Assembly: GCA_033764955.1 (NCBI GenBank)
Contig: JANRIL010000014.1
Span: forward strand, 1-28,180
Direction of reading: 5' to 3'
From: Cyanobacteriota bacterium
GTDB taxonomy: Bacteria > Cyanobacteriota > Cyanobacteriia > Thermostichales > Thermostichaceae
Length of the DNA stretch: 28,180 nucleotides
The notes under the pieces were generated by a model. It saw only the letters and a program-made list of their open reading frames with translations, did no database searches and was not told the origin of the DNA. Every line of letters begins with the position of its first letter. Position 1 is the stretch's first letter. A program made the position numbers and the translations under genes. Below, piece by piece: positions 26,462 through 28,180 of the stretch.

Positions 26462-28180
26462 TTAGTCGGGTATGGGCAGCGTGAAGTAAAATTTGCTGCC
26501 CCTCCCGAATTCACTCTCTGCCCAGATGCGTCCGCCATGCAGTTGCACAATCAGACGACAGATTGACAGCCCTAATCCCGTCCCCCCTTTTTGGCGAGAA
26601 TCAGACATATTAACCTGTTGAAACTGCCCAAAGATGGTTTCTAGCTTCTCACTGGGAATGCCCCGTCCCTGGTCGGTCACTTGAAATAAAACCTGTTGAG
26701 GTTGTGGTTCGACATGAACGGTGACGGTGGTTTCAGCAGGAGAAAATTTGACAGCATTGTTGATTAAATTCACCAGTACTTGCACGAGCCAATCTGGGTC
26801 TGCCCAAACCTGAATGGTTCCAGGGGACGATCGCAAAGCAACCTGGTTCGCTGCTGCCAGGTTTTGCACAACGGAGAATGCCTGTTGCACCAGCGTCGCC
26901 GCCTCACACCGTTGCTTTTTCAGTTCCACCTGTCCTGACTCCAGTCGGCTCAGTGCCAGAACATCATTAACCAGTCGCACCAAGCGCTCGATATTGTTGT
27001 TGGCAATGCCCAGCATCTCTTTCGCCATTTGGGGATCGTCATCCAAAACTCCGGTGGCCACGAGTCCCAGTGCCCCCCGGATGGAGGAAAGCGGCGTGCG
27101 AATTTCGTGGCTGATGATGGCAATAAATTCACGCTTCATCCGTTCTAACTCACGCTGTTGCGTGACATCCCGCACCATCAGCAGCCCACCGCTATGCGTC
27201 TCATTGCCGCTGTGGAGCGGCGAATAGTGGGCTTCGATCCACTGGCGCTGTCTGGTTTGGGAGTGGGTAAAGTGAAAGTCGAAGGTCGTGACGGTTGTTT
27301 CGATGCCGGGATGGAAGCCTTGCAATGTTTTAGCGTCCAGGAGAACAGCAAACATGTCTACTCCACGGCTGCCCATAACGTCTTCCTGCCGCAGTCCGGT
27401 CATCTGTTCCATTGCAGGGTTCCAGAGGGTGCAACAGCCATCAGCATCAAAGGCAACAATGCCGTCTACGCTGCTGGTAATTAGCTGGAGCGATCGCTCC
27501 TGTTCAGAACGTAGAGCGCCTTGCAAACGCACCACGGCAGAAATGTCACGCCCCTCAACGATCACCCAGCGGATTTGATCGGTCTCGATCGCATAGACGG
27601 GTTTTGCGGATATATCGAAGGTGTGGAGATTGCTGCTGGCATCGAAAAGGTTGACTTCTTGATGGAAAAGCTGTCCGGCGGCAGCTTGAGCGACTAACGT
27701 TTTGGCAATTTCCTGAAGTTCGGCGGTGGTATTCCAGGAGGGGAATTCCCAAAACGGTTTGCCAATGACAGCCTCATGCTTAACGTCCGCGAAGGTGAGG
27801 GGATTTTGATTGGTTTCCAGCAACATGCCATCGGGGGTAAGCAAGCCGACAAACTGATACATTTGGTCGAAAGCAGCCCGGAATTTGGCTTCGCTTTTCT
27901 GGAGGGCAATTTCTGCTCGTTTGCGTTCGCCTTCGGCGCGCTTGCGCTCGCTGATATTCACCACCACGGCAACCGCAGATTGAACTTGACCGAATGCATC
28001 CCGAACGGGTGACACACTGTTGCTGACCCAAACTTCAGAACCATCCTTGCGGATGTAACGCTTCTCAATGGTAAAGTCAATGCCTTCGCTGGCTAGGCGC
28101 TGGTATAGCTCAATGTTGTAAGGTAAATCGTCAGGATGGGTCATGCCCTGCATCCGCTTGTGTAACAACTCCTCCCTGGA
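26462..28180 (-). CDS. Multi-PAS sensor histidine kinase (5' end beyond the window)
   Basis: At least three PAS/PAC segments (THPDD..EKRYIRKDG; GLLTPDG..GKPFWE; DGIVAFD..WNPAME), H-box SHEIRTPL, N-box NLINNAVKF, DQGRGI and GGTGLGL. The frame is open to the window edge. Confidence 0.95.
   Translation of the reverse strand, partial: SREELLHKRMQGMTHPDDLPYNIELYQRLASEGIDFTIEKRYIRKDGSEVWVSNSVSPVRDAFGQVQSAVAVVVNISERKRAEGERKRAEIALQKSEAKFRAAFDQMYQFVGLLTPDGMLLETNQNPLTFADVKHEAVIGKPFWEFPSWNTTAELQEIAKTLVAQAAAGQLFHQEVNLFDASSNLHTFDISAKPVYAIETDQIRWVIVEGRDISAVVRLQGALRSEQERSLQLITSSVDGIVAFDADGCCTLWNPAMEQMTGLRQEDVMGSRGVDMFAVLLDAKTLQGFHPGIETTVTTFDFHFTHSQTRQRQWIEAHYSPLHSGNETHSGGLLMVRDVTQQRELERMKREFIAIISHEIRTPLSSIRGALGLVATGVLDDDPQMAKEMLGIANNNIERLVRLVNDVLALSRLESGQVELKKQRCEAATLVQQAFSVVQNLAAANQVALRSSPGTIQVWADPDWLVQVLVNLINNAVKFSPAETTVTVHVEPQPQQVLFQVTDQGRGIPSEKLETIFGQFQQVNMSDSRQKGGTGLGLSICRLIVQLHGGRIWAESEFGRGSKFYFTLPIPD

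Noticed and set aside
1..28180. tRNA, rRNA, integrase or transposase genes
   Set aside because: None recognised in the window.

Overview
Chromosomal window from a cyanobacterium (psaE, crtR, cyanobacterial furA). It is dense in the palindrome GGGATCCC, the highly iterated palindrome (HIP) of hot-spring Synechococcus/Thermostichus. Bases 1-23.0 kb are mostly core genes: murI, AMIN-domain amidase, cysA, SUA5/YciO, a DUF4397 lipoprotein, pgk, psaE-mutM, a COG0523 GTPase, wbaP, a DUF92 protein, crtR, a TonB-like protein, an HI0933 flavoprotein, a double-domain ABC permease and fur. Two stretches look foreign. (1) About 4.45-5.6 kb: an AT-richer two-gene module with an unannotated frameshifted His/Pro-rich gene followed by an intact DUF4085-like gene, possibly a disarmed toxin-immunity pair. 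(2) From the fur stop codon to the window end: an island with no GGGATCCC but three copies of the canonical cyanobacterial HIP1 (GCGATCGC). It contains a decayed integron-type cassette array with no integrase in view: one cassette carries a complete AvaI/BsoBI-type restriction-modification system with its own promoter and a full-length attC-like site, and a second carries a deleted vapB(C) remnant and a half attC. Each cassette's 5' end is complementary to its own R'' box. Upstream lie a PAS histidine kinase and two response-regulator fragments joined out of frame. All calls are from reading the sequence; no searches were run.
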